Origin: Streptosporangiaceae bacterium
GTDB lineage: Bacteria > Actinomycetota > Actinomycetes > Streptosporangiales > Streptosporangiaceae
Assembly (NCBI GenBank): GCA_035631375.1
Contig: DASQIW010000148.1
Span: 10,802 to 74,801 of the forward strand
DNA: 64,000 nucleotides
Direction of reading: 5' to 3'
The notes below the pieces were generated by a model that saw nothing but the letters and a program-made list of their open reading frames with translations, had not been told where the DNA came from and searched no databases. This document shows positions 48,294 through 58,448 of this stretch, in pieces. Within the stretch, counting starts at the first letter, position 1. Every line of letters starts with the position of its first letter. Both the position numbers and the translations under genes were made by a program.

Positions 48294-49315
48294 CTCGTGA
48301 ACTCGGCGCGCAGTGTCTGGGCAGCCTGCGCCATCGATCCGAGCTTGCCAGCCGCGGACTCGCGGGGCAGGTACTTCATGCCGCAGTCGGGCGCGAGCAC
48401 GAGGCGATCGGCCGGCACGTACGGCAGCGCCCGGCGCACCCGGTCAGCGATCACGTCGGGCATCTCGACGCCTGTGTCGTTCAGGTCGATGACGCCGAGG
48501 ATGATCGTCTTTCCGGTCAGGTCAGCCAGCACGGCGCAGTCGAGGCCGGACTGGGCGGTCTCGATGGAGATCTGGTCGGCCGTCGACTCGGCGAGCTCGG
48601 GCAGGAATGAGTAGCCGGACGGGCGCTCGTGGATGATCGCCGCGTATCCGAAGCAGAGGTGCACGGCGGTGGTGCCCGCGCTTCCATCAAGGGCGGCATT
48701 GAGCACCTTCACGCCGTACTGCTTGGCAGCCTCGGGCCTTGCCTGCAGATAAGGCTCGTCCAGCTGGACGATGTCGGCCCCGGCCGCGAACAGATCGGCT
48801 ATCTCCGCCCGCACGGCCTCGGCGTAGCCGAAGGCAGCCGCTTCCTTGCTTGGGTAGTAGTCGTTCTGCGCCTGCTCGGCCATCGTGAACGGGCCAGGAA
48901 CCGTCACCTTGATGGTCCGGTCGGTGTGCGCGCGCAGGAAGCGCACGTTGTCGGCATTCACCGGGTAGCGACGGCTGATCGGACCGGTAATCCGCGGGAC
49001 CGGGTTCGGGTGGCCGCTGCGGTCGAGAGCGGTGCCGGGGTTGCCGATGTCGACGCCCGCGAGTGCGGTTGCGAAGGCGTTGGAGTAGCTCTCCCGGCGG
49101 ACCTCGCCGTCGGTAATGATGTCCAGTCCCGCGTCTTCCTGTGCGCGGATTGCCAGCAGCGCGGCGTCGTCCTGGGCCTGTTCCAGGTGCTCGGGGCCGA
49201 CCCGCCACAACTCAGTGGCCCGGACGCGCGGCGGGAACCGCCCGGCCAGCCGGCCGCGGTCGATCAGCCAGTCCGGCTGCGGGTAACTGCCGACTAGCGA
49301 CGTCGGGAAGAGCAC
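48290..49315 (-). CDS. Cobalamin-independent methionine synthase II family protein (MetE C-terminal-domain-like)
   Basis: ...FPTSLVGSYPQPDWL...ITDGEVRRESY...HLCFGY...APDCGMKYL... (Zn-ligand contexts of the MetE catalytic domain). Confidence 0.85.
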   Translation of the reverse strand: MLFPTSLVGSYPQPDWLIDRGRLAGRFPPRVRATELWRVGPEHLEQAQDDAALLAIRAQEDAGLDIITDGEVRRESYSNAFATALAGVDIGNPGTALDRSGHPNPVPRITGPISRRYPVNADNVRFLRAHTDRTIKVTVPGPFTMAEQAQNDYYPSKEAAAFGYAEAVRAEIADLFAAGADIVQLDEPYLQARPEAAKQYGVKVLNAALDGSAGTTAVHLCFGYAAIIHERPSGYSFLPELAESTADQISIETAQSGLDCAVLADLTGKTIILGVIDLNDTGVEMPDVIADRVRRALPYVPADRLVLAPDCGMKYLPRESAAGKLGSMAQAAQTLRAEFTS

Positions 49316-49376
49316 GGCGACCTCCGGGCGCTACGGGTAGGTTCCGGCCCACAGTATGCCGGGACCGTCATCTCGG

Positions 49377-50612
49377 TCAGCCGCCGACCTCGGCGAGGCG
49401 CCTCGACAGGAACCTGCGCTCCGGCCCGGTCGTGACCAGGCGCAGGGCTTCGGTGTAACTCGCCGCGGCATCCTCGCGCCTCCCGAGCCTGCGGAGCAGG
49501 TCAGCGCGAGTGGCTGGCAGGAGGAAGTAGTGACTGAGGGAGCCGCTCGTGGCGAGCTCGTCGACCAGGGCGAGCCCGGCAGCCGGACCCTCGGCCATGG
49601 CCACTGCCACTGCCCGGTTGAGAGCAACCACCGGGGTCGGCATCAGCCGGTACAGCTCGTCGTAGTGCCTCGCGATCTCGGCCCAGTCGGTGTCACCTGC
49701 CAGCCGGGCCTGTGCATGGCAGCCGGCAATGGCCGCCTGGAGCTGGTACGGCCCGCCGCGGCTCCGGCGACGCGCCTGACCGAGCAGGGCGAGGCCCTCG
49801 GTGATTCCGGCGGAGTTCCACCGGGACCTGTCCTGATCCTCCAGCGTGACCAGCTCGCCGTCGTCATCGAGCCGTCCCGCTCTCCGGGCGTCGTGCAGCA
49901 GCATCAGCGCGAGCAGGCTGGTGGCCTCGGGTTCGTCCGGCATGAGGGCGACCAGCAAGCGCGCGAGCCGAATGGCCTCAGCGGTCAGGTCGAGCCGGAG
50001 GATATCGTCGCCCGCTGATGCCGAGTAGCCCTCGTTGAACAGCAGGTACAGCACCGCGAGCACGCCGCTGGTGCGCTCAGGCAGCAGGTGTGCGGGTGGC
50101 ACCCGGTAGGGGATGCGGGCGTCGCGAATCTTGTGCTTGGCCCTGGTCAGCCGCTTGGCCATGGTGGCCTCAGGCACCAGGAATGCGCGCGCGATCTCCG
50201 CTGTCGTCAGCCCGGCGAGCGTCCGGAGCGTCAGTGCGACCCGTGCCTCGAGCGACAGTGCCGGGTGACAGCAGGTGAAGATGAGCCGCAGCCGGTCGTC
50301 GCCCACTCCGCTGTCATCCGGGGTTGCAGGCTCGCCGGGTACCGACAGCGCGCCCAGCTCCTGCAGTTTGGCTGCCTCGGTCTTGCTCCGGCGCAGCCGG
50401 TCGAGCGCGCGGTTGCGCGCGGTTGTGGTGAGCCAGGCACCCGGCCGGTCAGGCACGCCGTGGGTTGGCCAGCGAGCGAGGGCCGCGGCAAAAGCATCCT
50501 GAACACATTCCTCGGACAGATCCCAGTTGCCCGTCATCCGGATCAGGGTGGCGAGTACGTTTCCCCACTCATCCCGGAAGGCAGCGGCGACCGCGGCCTC
50601 GACTGCTGTCAT
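49377..50612 (-). CDS. ECF-like RNA polymerase sigma factor with C-terminal TPR-like extension (COG4941 type)
   Basis: Start set at ATG 50612 (MTAVEAAVAAAFRDEWG...). Regions 2 and 4 recognisable. 4-nt overlap with the upstream YciI gene, the usual pairing. Confidence 0.85.
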   Translation of the reverse strand: MTAVEAAVAAAFRDEWGNVLATLIRMTGNWDLSEECVQDAFAAALARWPTHGVPDRPGAWLTTTARNRALDRLRRSKTEAAKLQELGALSVPGEPATPDDSGVGDDRLRLIFTCCHPALSLEARVALTLRTLAGLTTAEIARAFLVPEATMAKRLTRAKHKIRDARIPYRVPPAHLLPERTSGVLAVLYLLFNEGYSASAGDDILRLDLTAEAIRLARLLVALMPDEPEATSLLALMLLHDARRAGRLDDDGELVTLEDQDRSRWNSAGITEGLALLGQARRRSRGGPYQLQAAIAGCHAQARLAGDTDWAEIARHYDELYRLMPTPVVALNRAVAVAMAEGPAAGLALVDELATSGSLSHYFLLPATRADLLRRLGRREDAAASYTEALRLVTTGPERRFLSRRLAEVGG

Positions 50613-50959
50613 ACGCTCGCCAGGACGGGGCGCACCTCCACCACGCCGCCGGCCAGCGCGGCCGGATGTCGCGACGCCGCGTAGATGGCCTCGTCCAGGT
50701 CGGCGCACTCGATCACGTCGTAACCAAGGATCTGCTCCTTGGTCTCGGCGAACGGGCCGTCTGTTACCAGCACCTCGTTGCCGGCGTTCCGCACCGTCGT
50801 TGCGGTCCGGATCGGCTGCAGCTGGGAGCCCTCCACCAGCAAGATGCCCCTGGCGTGCATCTCCCTGGCCCAGGGCGCCCAGCACGGCTCGCCATCGTCA
50901 TGGTCAGTCGCAGTGTCGTCGGCGTCTTCCTGGCCGCATACCAGCAGCATGTATCGCAT
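50609..50959 (-). CDS. YCII-related domain protein
   Basis: MRYMLLV......DGPFAETKEQILGY..IE..DLDEA......P pattern. SD GAGGAGG upstream. Confidence 0.85.
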   Translation of the reverse strand: MRYMLLVCGQEDADDTATDHDDGEPCWAPWAREMHARGILLVEGSQLQPIRTATTVRNAGNEVLVTDGPFAETKEQILGYDVIECADLDEAIYAASRHPAALAGGVVEVRPVLASV

Positions 50960-50995
50960 CGGGCAGGCCTCCTCAGTTCCGAGGTTAAGGCCTGG

Positions 50996-51997
50996 CTAGC
51001 GGCCTGACAGGCCGGCTTGCTCGATTATGCCGGGAATCGCGCTCTCTGCGCCGATGGCCATCACGTGCACGCCTGCCACGCCGGGTACGTCGGCGAGCTG
51101 GGCGATGATCTCGCTGCACAGTTTCTCGCCCTCGGCCCGCAGCCGGTCCGGGCTGAGACCCGCGAGGCGCTCCGTGACGTGATCGGGGATGACCACGCCA
51201 GGGATCGTCGCCAGGTGTGCCAGCGCGCGCTCCGAGCGGACCGGGCCCACGCCGGCCAGGATGGCGCAGCGCTCGTGCAGTCCCTGGTCGCGGACCCGCT
51301 GCATCCACGCGGCGAACGCGCCGACGTCGAATACGAACTGGGTCTGCACGAACTGCGCGCCAGCGTTGATCTTGCCCGCTAGCCGGCCAGTGGCCTTCTC
51401 CGCCGCAGCTTCGGCTTCGGCCGCGCTCGCAGCCCGGCCAGGCGGATTCTCCACGGCGCCCAGCAGCCAGGACGGTGGGGGGTTCAGCTGAGCGCCCGAC
51501 ATGAGCGTGCCCTCGTCCCGCATGGCGGTCGCCACGCTGAGCAGCCTGGTGCTGTCCAGGTCGAAAACTGCGGTGGCGTCCGGGTGATCGCCGTTGCGGG
51601 GATGGTCGCCTGTCATGATCAGTATGTTCGGCACGCCGAGCGCCGAGGCGGACAGCAGTTCGGATTGCAGCGCAATCCGGTTGCGGTCGCGGCAGGTGAC
51701 CTGCATGATCGGCTCGATCCCGGCCTGCAGCGCGGCGATGCTCCCGCCGAGGCTCGACAGCCGGACTGTCGCGCCCTGGTTGTCGGTGATGTTGACGGCG
51801 TCCACCCAGCCGCGCAGCGTCGCGGCCTTGTCGGCGATCGGCGCGGTGGCGGCGCCGCGTGGCGGGCCAATCTCGGCCGTAATCGCGAATTGGCGCGCCG
51901 CGAGCCGCTGCCGGAATGAGCTGGGTGCGCCCTCGGTCTGACGAGGATTCAGTCCGGCTTCGGCGCGATCGGGCCCGCTGCCCGCTTTGTCCGCCAT
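50996..51997 (-). CDS. metF: Methylenetetrahydrofolate reductase (actinobacterial MetF-like)
   Basis: ...FAITAEIGPPRGA...VDAVNITDNQGATVRLS...IMQVTCRDRNRIALQSELL...ILIMTGDHP.... Confidence 0.85.
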   Translation of the reverse strand: MADKAGSGPDRAEAGLNPRQTEGAPSSFRQRLAARQFAITAEIGPPRGAATAPIADKAATLRGWVDAVNITDNQGATVRLSSLGGSIAALQAGIEPIMQVTCRDRNRIALQSELLSASALGVPNILIMTGDHPRNGDHPDATAVFDLDSTRLLSVATAMRDEGTLMSGAQLNPPPSWLLGAVENPPGRAASAAEAEAAAEKATGRLAGKINAGAQFVQTQFVFDVGAFAAWMQRVRDQGLHERCAILAGVGPVRSERALAHLATIPGVVIPDHVTERLAGLSPDRLRAEGEKLCSEIIAQLADVPGVAGVHVMAIGAESAIPGIIEQAGLSGR

Positions 51998-52073
51998 GCG
52001 GGCGATCTTATCCCAGTACTGGTCGACGGCCTATGGGCGGCGAGTCGATTATCCGCGCCGCTGAGTTGTGGCT

Positions 52074-53333
52074 TCAGCCGAGAATGTCGGCCGTTTTCTC
52101 GGTGCTGAGGCGACGCCGTGCGACGGTTAGCCGTCCCAGGCCGGAGAGTGCTTCGAGAACCTGGGCGGCCAGCCCCGCGCCTGCCGACGTCGATTCGGCG
52201 AGGCCGATTGTCTGCACCGACGCGAGCATCGCCGGCTTGATATCGGACACGTCGCCGACGACCTGAACCCTCGTGCCCGAGTCACGGGCATGGCCGCACA
52301 CCTGCCTGGTGTCCGCAGACTTCGGGTCGCCGACCACCAGCATGAGATCGCTGCCGACCGCGACGGAGTAGATTGTGCCGGCCCGGTCGGACGGGGCGTA
52401 GCACACCTCCGCGGGCACGGCGCCCCGCGCGGCCGGGTAACGCGAGCGCAGCGCGGTCACGATCGGCGCGCCAGCCTCGAGTGTCAGCCCCGGCTGAACG
52501 AGGTAAGAGATCGGCCGGCTGTCGCTGGCCGCGATGGCTGCCGTGTTCGCGGGAGTCTCGACCATGGTCACCCGGCCGGGAGCCTGGCTGATGATCGGCT
52601 CAGTCGAGGCGTGATCCGGCTGGCCGACGAGGACGAGCTGATGGCCGCGCTCCGCGGTTCGGGCTGCGGCAGCCTGGGCCGCCGCCACCAGCGGGCAGGT
52701 GGCGTCCACCACGGTGGCACCACTGCGGGCCGCCTCGGCGCGGGCTTGCTGGGTCACCCCGTGTGCGGGGAAGACGACGACGTCGTCTTGCCCTACACCA
52801 TCAAGCGAGGTCGTGACGATCGCGCCGAGCTCGGCTAGTTCCGCCGCGGTTTCCGCCGGCATCGCCGTGGGCGCGAGCACGTACACGTGCCGTCCGGTCT
52901 CGCGGCCATCGGACGCGGCTTGCCTGGCCGCACTGGCCGCGTGCAGCGCGCCGCTGCACCACGGACTGCTCGCGATGAGCAGCGACCGGCTGCCGGATAC
53001 CGCGGCCCATTCCTCGACCGCGCCGCGAGCGGCGCTTGCCGACAGCGCATCGCCGGATGGAGCGGCGGCGGCGATCGCGGCCGTTCCGCCGTCCTCGCGC
53101 GGGCACGTCACCAGGAAAAGCCGCGCGTCCTCATCACCGCGCCAGTCAGCACGCGGCAATGTCGCGAGCCGATTCGGCCTGCCCTTGGCTACCAGCGAGC
53201 CGGCCACCAGCGGTGCAGCCGGACAGCTGAGCAGCCCGTTCGCGGGGTCGTTAATCTGCCTCGGGACGAGAACCTCGCCGCGCTTCATGCCCGTGCTGGC
53301 TACTGGAATCTCGCGTACGTCTAGTCGGCTCAT
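52074..53333 (-). CDS. IspH/LytB-like [4Fe-4S] protein, divergent paralogue with ~115-130-aa N-terminal extension
   Basis: Collinear with IspH motifs: SPWCSG (GFCAGV), VVFPAHGV (FSAHGV), VVDATCPLV, GQPDHAS (GHxGHPE), QPGLT (QTTLS), VCYAPSDR (ICYATxNR), VVGDPKSADT (VVGSxNSSNS). Alternative ATG at 53288. Confidence 0.7.
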   Translation of the reverse strand: MSRLDVREIPVASTGMKRGEVLVPRQINDPANGLLSCPAAPLVAGSLVAKGRPNRLATLPRADWRGDEDARLFLVTCPREDGGTAAIAAAAPSGDALSASAARGAVEEWAAVSGSRSLLIASSPWCSGALHAASAARQAASDGRETGRHVYVLAPTAMPAETAAELAELGAIVTTSLDGVGQDDVVVFPAHGVTQQARAEAARSGATVVDATCPLVAAAQAAAARTAERGHQLVLVGQPDHASTEPIISQAPGRVTMVETPANTAAIAASDSRPISYLVQPGLTLEAGAPIVTALRSRYPAARGAVPAEVCYAPSDRAGTIYSVAVGSDLMLVVGDPKSADTRQVCGHARDSGTRVQVVGDVSDIKPAMLASVQTIGLAESTSAGAGLAAQVLEALSGLGRLTVARRRLSTEKTADILG

Positions 53334-53524
53334 GTCATGTCAGCCGGCCCCCCGGCGATCCTGTCCCTCCGTGCCGATCGGCGTGGCGCATGCTCGCGCG
53401 CACACGACAGTCCTCCGTGTCGTGCCATGCCCTGAGTGGCGTCGTGATTTTCCCTGCGGCTGGCTAAGACTTCGTATCCGGCCGCAGACAATCGTCGCCG
53501 ATCCCGGTCAGAACCCGGCCGAGT

Positions 53525-54439
53525 TCAGGCGTCGTTCTCGCCGCGGCGCTGCTGCTCGGCCAGGAAGCGCTCGAATTGCGCGCCGAGTTCCTCTGCGGTG
53601 GGTACCTGCTCCTCGCCTGACAGCAGGTTGTCCCGGTCGGCGGTGAACGCGTCGTATTGCTGCTCGAGCGCCTGCACTACCTCGGCGACCTCGGCCGAGC
53701 CTTCGACCTGGCGGGCGATCTCCAGGTTGGTGCGGTGCGCAGCCTCGCGGAGGGCATCGGCGGGCAGAACGAGGCCGGTGGCCCGCTGCACGGAGTCCAG
53801 CAGCGTCGCCGCGGAGGCCGGATACGCAGCCTGAGCGAGGTAATGCGGCACGTGCACGGCGAACCCGACGGCCTGCCGTTCGGCAGCGCCGAGCCGGTAC
53901 TCCAGCAGTGCAGCGGCACTGCCCGGCACCTGAAGCTTGTCGACCAGTGGTCGGTAGCCGTCGATCAGGCCGGACTGGGTGGCATGCGCGGTCACTCCGA
54001 GCGGCCTGGTGTGCGGAGCCCCCATGGGGATGCCGTGGAAACTGACCGAGAGCCGCACCTGCAGGTCGGCGGAGAGCTGCAGGACTGCCGCGGCGAAGGT
54101 CTCCCATTCGCGGTCCGGCTCCAGTCCCGCGAGCAGCAGGAACGGGGTTCCTACCGCGTCACGCAGCAGCGACACCCCGAGTTCAGGCGCGTCGTAGTCG
54201 TCCCAGTGGTCCTTCGCGAACGTCATGATTGGACGGCGCGAGCGGTAGTCGAGCAGCGAGTCTATGTCGAACCTCGCTACCTGCTCGTGCTCCAGGCTCG
54301 AGAGCAGGTGGGCGGTCAGCAGTCGCCCAGCGGCGCCGGCGTCGATGAACCCGTCCAGGTAATACAGCATGACGAGGTCACCGGGTGGCTCCGGCGCTGC
54401 CGGGACTACCTCATACAGGTCAGCCGGATTGCGGGCCAC
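53525..54439 (-). CDS. PAC2 (proteasome assembly chaperone 2-like) family protein
   Basis: ...LVMLYYLDGFIDAGAAG...FDIDSLLDYRSRRP...FLLLAGLEPD..W...FHGIPMGAPHTRP.... GTG start behind GGAGG. Confidence 0.85.
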   Translation of the reverse strand: MARNPADLYEVVPAAPEPPGDLVMLYYLDGFIDAGAAGRLLTAHLLSSLEHEQVARFDIDSLLDYRSRRPIMTFAKDHWDDYDAPELGVSLLRDAVGTPFLLLAGLEPDREWETFAAAVLQLSADLQVRLSVSFHGIPMGAPHTRPLGVTAHATQSGLIDGYRPLVDKLQVPGSAAALLEYRLGAAERQAVGFAVHVPHYLAQAAYPASAATLLDSVQRATGLVLPADALREAAHRTNLEIARQVEGSAEVAEVVQALEQQYDAFTADRDNLLSGEEQVPTAEELGAQFERFLAEQQRRGENDA

Positions 54440-54522
54440 GCCAGCTGCCTCCGTCCGTGCGGTTCCGTGTCAATCGTTAACAACAACGAATGCGCGCCGC
54501 CGGTAATCCCGACGGCGGCCAT

Positions 54523-55098
54523 CTAGGTGTCTTCGCCAGCCTCGGATCCGGCGCGGTTGCCGGTCTCCCAGCGGGCCAGCAGCCCGGCCATCTCATGACT
54601 GATGAACTCAAAATACCGAACAGTCTCGGCCAGCCGGGCGCCTGCGGGCGAGCTCTGCCCCAGCGCGTCCACGCCGTGCCGCAACTCCGCGGCCCACGCC
54701 GTGAACTGGCGATCCCGTAGCCGGACCACGTCCTGCCAGATGGCAGTCGACATCCGATAGTGCAGCCGCCGGGAGCCTGGCTCTCCTTCGGCGGTGATGA
54801 GGCCGACCTGGAGCAGGTATCGGACGCCGCTGGATACCGATGCCGGGCTCGTCTGCAGCAGGTCCGCTAGCTCAGCGGCAGTGAGGGTGCTGGAATCGGA
54901 CGTCAGCATGGCGACGAAGATCCGGGCAGGTGTGCGCGGGAATCCGGCCTGGCTGAGCTGAGTGGTAAAGCGCTCGATGAAGGAACGGACCGCGGCCCGG
55001 TCGCGGGTTCCGCCGTCGCCCTGGTCAGTCGCGGACTGCCGCAGCGTGGACGGCGTGGCCGTCCCTGCTGGCTGGCTGCTCTGCTTGCTCACGAGCAC
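54523..55098 (-). CDS. GbsR/MarR family transcriptional regulator
   Basis: ...AGFPRTPARIFVAMLTSDSSTLTAAELADLLQTSPASVSSGVRYLLQVGLI.... GTG start at 55098 or 55092. The longer track ORF is antisense to the ABC gene. Confidence 0.8.
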   Translation of the reverse strand: MLVSKQSSQPAGTATPSTLRQSATDQGDGGTRDRAAVRSFIERFTTQLSQAGFPRTPARIFVAMLTSDSSTLTAAELADLLQTSPASVSSGVRYLLQVGLITAEGEPGSRRLHYRMSTAIWQDVVRLRDRQFTAWAAELRHGVDALGQSSPAGARLAETVRYFEFISHEMAGLLARWETGNRAGSEAGEDT

Positions 55099-55171
55099 GA
55101 CTGGGTCAGGCTCCTGTTCCCATACGGTTCCTATATTTAGTAGTTTCTGAATTTGGTGTAGGGTTCCTGCC

Positions 55172-56131
55172 GTGAACGCTATCGAAGTCGCTGGCTTGCG
55201 CAAAGTCTTCGGGAAGACCGTTGCGCTCGACGGTCTGGACCTATCCGTCTCGGCAGGCGAGGTGCACGGCTTCCTCGGCCCGAACGGTGCGGGGAAGACC
55301 ACCACGATCCGGATTCTGCTCGGCTTGCTGCGGGCGGACGGAGGGACGGCGCGGCTGCTCGGCGGGGACCCCTGGCACTCGGCTGTCGAGCTGCATAAGC
55401 GACTCGCCTACGTGCCCGGAGACGTGACGCTGTGGCCGACGCTGACCGGCGGCGAGGTCATCGACCTGCTCGGGAAGTTGCGCGGCGGCCTTGACAGCAA
55501 GCGACGGCGCGAACTGCTCGAGCGCTTCGATCTCAATCCGACCCAGAAGGCGCGCGCCTACTCGAAGGGCAACCGGCAGAAGGTGGCGCTCGTTGCTGCC
55601 CTCGCCTCGGATGCCGAGCTGCTGCTGCTGGACGAGCCGACATCGGGCCTCGACCCGCTGATGGAGGCGATGTTCCGGCAGTGTGCCGAGGAGGAGCGTG
55701 CCCGCGGCCGCACCATCTTGCTGTCCAGCCACATTCTGTCCGAGGTCGAGGCGCTCTGTGACCGCGTGACGATCATCCGCGCCGGGCGGACCGTTGAGAC
55801 CGGGACACTCGCGGACCTGAGGCACCTGACCAGGACATCGATTGCGGCGGAACTGAGCGGCCACGCGTCCGGGCTTGCTGACCTCGCCGGGGTGCACGAC
55901 CTGGTGGCCGACCCTGCCCAGGATGGCGGCAGCCGGGTCCGGTGCGAAGTCGACTCGGACCGGCTGGAGGACGTGCTCCGGCTGCTGGTGCAGGCCGGCG
56001 TCAAGACACTGACAAGCCAGCCGCCAACGCTGGAGGAACTGTTCCTGCGGCACTACGAATCGGAGCCGGCCGCCACCGGCGGGCACCCCGGCGTGACGGT
56101 CGCAGAAGCGAACGTACCGGACGCGCGATGA
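55172..56131 (+). CDS. ABC transporter ATP-binding protein
   Basis: Walker [11 protein letters not shown], signature YSKGNRQKV, Walker [13 protein letters not shown]. Confidence 0.9.
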   Translation: MNAIEVAGLRKVFGKTVALDGLDLSVSAGEVHGFLGPNGAGKTTTIRILLGLLRADGGTARLLGGDPWHSAVELHKRLAYVPGDVTLWPTLTGGEVIDLLGKLRGGLDSKRRRELLERFDLNPTQKARAYSKGNRQKVALVAALASDAELLLLDEPTSGLDPLMEAMFRQCAEEERARGRTILLSSHILSEVEALCDRVTIIRAGRTVETGTLADLRHLTRTSIAAELSGHASGLADLAGVHDLVADPAQDGGSRVRCEVDSDRLEDVLRLLVQAGVKTLTSQPPTLEELFLRHYESEPAATGGHPGVTVAEANVPDAR

Positions 56132-57810
56132 GCAGGGCTGGCGCACACGCGGCGCCCGCCCGGCCGGCGGGCGCCGGGCCGGCGGCGCGGCCGGTTGATC
56201 GTCCGGCAGGCCCGCTGACCGGGGCGCGTGAGCTGCTCCGGCTCGCCCAGCGCCGGGACCGGATGCTGCTGCCGATCTGGATCTATGTGCTGGCGATCAT
56301 CGCGGTCTCCGGTGGCTATGTCGTCAAGAAGATCTACAAGACCCCCGCCGATCTGGCCTCGATTGCCTCGACGGTCCGCCACGACGCGGCGCTGCTCTTC
56401 ATCTACGGCCAGCTCCACGGCCACTCGCTGGGCGCGATCACCACTTGGCGCTATCTGGTCTACAGCGCCCTGACCGCCGGGCTGATGAGCATCTTCCTGG
56501 TCATCAGGCACACCAGGGCTGACGAGGAGGCTGGCCGCCTTGAGCTGGTCGGCTCCACGGTAGTCGGACGGCATGCCGCGCTAACGGCTGCGCTGCTGCT
56601 CGCCCTGCTGGCCAACGTAGTGGCGTTCGTCCTGGCAGTCGTGATCTTCGTGGCATTCGGCCTGCCAGCCGCCGGTGCGCTGGCTTACGGGCTGGGCCAG
56701 CTGACCTGCGGCCTGGTATTCGCGGCGATAGCGGCGGTTGCAGCCCAGGTGAGTGGTACGGCCAGGGGAGCCAGGGCGATCGCGATCACGCTGCTCGGTC
56801 TGGTCTTCCTGCTCCGCGGTGTTGGCGACTCCGGTGCGAGCCACGGGCTGACGTGGCTGAGCTGGCTCTCGCCGATCGGCTGGGCCGAGGAGCTGCGGCC
56901 GTTCGGCGGGGAGCGGTGGTGGGTGCTCGCGGTGCCGCTCGCCGCGGTGGCGGTTCTGATCACGACGGCGTTCGCGCTGGCAGGCCGGCGTGACGCCGGA
57001 GCCGGGCTCATCCGACCACGGCCCGGATCGGCCACCGCCGGCCGGCTACTGGGCGGTCCGCTCGGCCTGGTATGGCGGCAGGAGCGCGCCAGTCTCGCTG
57101 GCTGGTCGGCCGGATTCCTGGTGGCTGGCCTCGCGATCGGCGTGGTCGGCAACGGGATCGGCAAGCTGCTCGGATCGGGCGGCGGGGCGATTGAAAAAGG
57201 GCTGCTCAGGATCGGCGGCCAGAGCGCGTTGACCAACGCCTACCTCGCCGCGTGCATGGCACTGCTCGGACTGGTTGCCGCGGCCTACGCAACGGGCGTC
57301 GTGCTGCGCCTCAGGACAACCGAGACCGACGGGCTCGGCGAGCCGATTCTGGCGTCGCCCGTCAGCCGCTATCGCTGGAGCGGCAGCACCCTGCTGATGA
57401 CGCTGGCCGGCACCGCGGTGGTGCTGGTGACCGGGGGGATCGGGATGGGCCTGGGGTTCGGCCTGGCGACGTCCGGCCTGGGTACCTGGGTGTCGCGGCT
57501 GATCGTTGCCGGCCTGGTGCAGCTGCCGGCGGCGCTCTGCCTCGCCGGGTTCGCCTGCCTCGTCGTCGGGTTGCTTCCGCAGTGGAGCATCGGTCTCGGC
57601 TGGGCTGCCGTCGGGATCTGCGGGCTGATCAGCCTGTTCGGCCCGGCCGTCCAGCTATCGGAGAAGGTGCTCGACCTTTTCCCGTTCACGCACACGCCCA
57701 AGCTGCCAGGCGGCGAGCTGAGCGCGACGCCGGTGCTCTGGCTGTGCGCGGCAGCGCTTGCCATGACCGCGGTCGGCGTAGCGGGACTGCGCCGCCGCGA
57801 CCTCGGCTGA
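56128..57810 (+). CDS. ABC exporter permease (large 12-TM, polyketide-exporter-like)
   Basis: Start set at ATG 56128 (ATGA overlap with the ATPase stop). 560 aa, many hydrophobic spans. Confidence 0.85.
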   Translation: MSRAGAHAAPARPAGAGPAARPVDRPAGPLTGARELLRLAQRRDRMLLPIWIYVLAIIAVSGGYVVKKIYKTPADLASIASTVRHDAALLFIYGQLHGHSLGAITTWRYLVYSALTAGLMSIFLVIRHTRADEEAGRLELVGSTVVGRHAALTAALLLALLANVVAFVLAVVIFVAFGLPAAGALAYGLGQLTCGLVFAAIAAVAAQVSGTARGARAIAITLLGLVFLLRGVGDSGASHGLTWLSWLSPIGWAEELRPFGGERWWVLAVPLAAVAVLITTAFALAGRRDAGAGLIRPRPGSATAGRLLGGPLGLVWRQERASLAGWSAGFLVAGLAIGVVGNGIGKLLGSGGGAIEKGLLRIGGQSALTNAYLAACMALLGLVAAAYATGVVLRLRTTETDGLGEPILASPVSRYRWSGSTLLMTLAGTAVVLVTGGIGMGLGFGLATSGLGTWVSRLIVAGLVQLPAALCLAGFACLVVGLLPQWSIGLGWAAVGICGLISLFGPAVQLSEKVLDLFPFTHTPKLPGGELSATPVLWLCAAALAMTAVGVAGLRRRDLG

Positions 57811-58386
57811 TCAGTGGATCGTCTTGTGCGCGGCCAGCATCTCTACGTACTGGGCGATCTTCCTGGCCCGCGTCTCCGGCCGCTTCACGGCACCGATGCG
57901 GTGCAGGATGGAGTACCTGTTCTGGCTGCTGATCGTGGTGAAAAACGCGGCGGCTGCCGGGTTCGCGGCTAGTGCCTGCGCGAGGTCGGCAGGCACCTCG
58001 ATGGTCCGCTGACCGGCGTAGGCGGCGTCCCAGCGACCATCCGCCCGCGCTGCGTCGACCTCGCGCTGACCAGCCGGCTCCATGCGCCCGGCGGCGATGA
58101 GCGCCTCGGCGTGCTCAGTGTTGATCTTCGACCACCGGCTGCCTGGTTTGCGCGGGGTGAACCGCTGAAGCCAGTGATTCGTATCGAGGCTGCGCTTCTG
58201 TCCGTCGATCCAGCCGAAGCGCAGGGCCTCCAGCAGCGCCTCCGGGTAGGAGATGCCAGCCTCGGCGCGGCCCTTGCGGGCAATCTTCAGCCAGACGCCG
58301 CCCGAGGTCGCGTGGTCGGATTCCAGCCACTGCTGCCACTCCGCAGCAGACGAGACCGACAGCACCCGCACCTCGTCGCCCGGCAT
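57811..58386 (-). CDS. YdeI/OmpD-associated family protein
   Basis: ...WQQWLESDH....GVWLKIARKG......YPEALLEALRFGWIDGQKR...WLQRFTPRKPGSRWSKIN.... Confidence 0.85.
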   Translation of the reverse strand: MPGDEVRVLSVSSAAEWQQWLESDHATSGGVWLKIARKGRAEAGISYPEALLEALRFGWIDGQKRSLDTNHWLQRFTPRKPGSRWSKINTEHAEALIAAGRMEPAGQREVDAARADGRWDAAYAGQRTIEVPADLAQALAANPAAAAFFTTISSQNRYSILHRIGAVKRPETRARKIAQYVEMLAAHKTIH

Positions 58387-58448
58387 GCCCGCAGTTTAGG
58401 GCCCGGCAACCGGCCCAGGTCCCGCCTCAGTCACACTGCCAGGACCTG

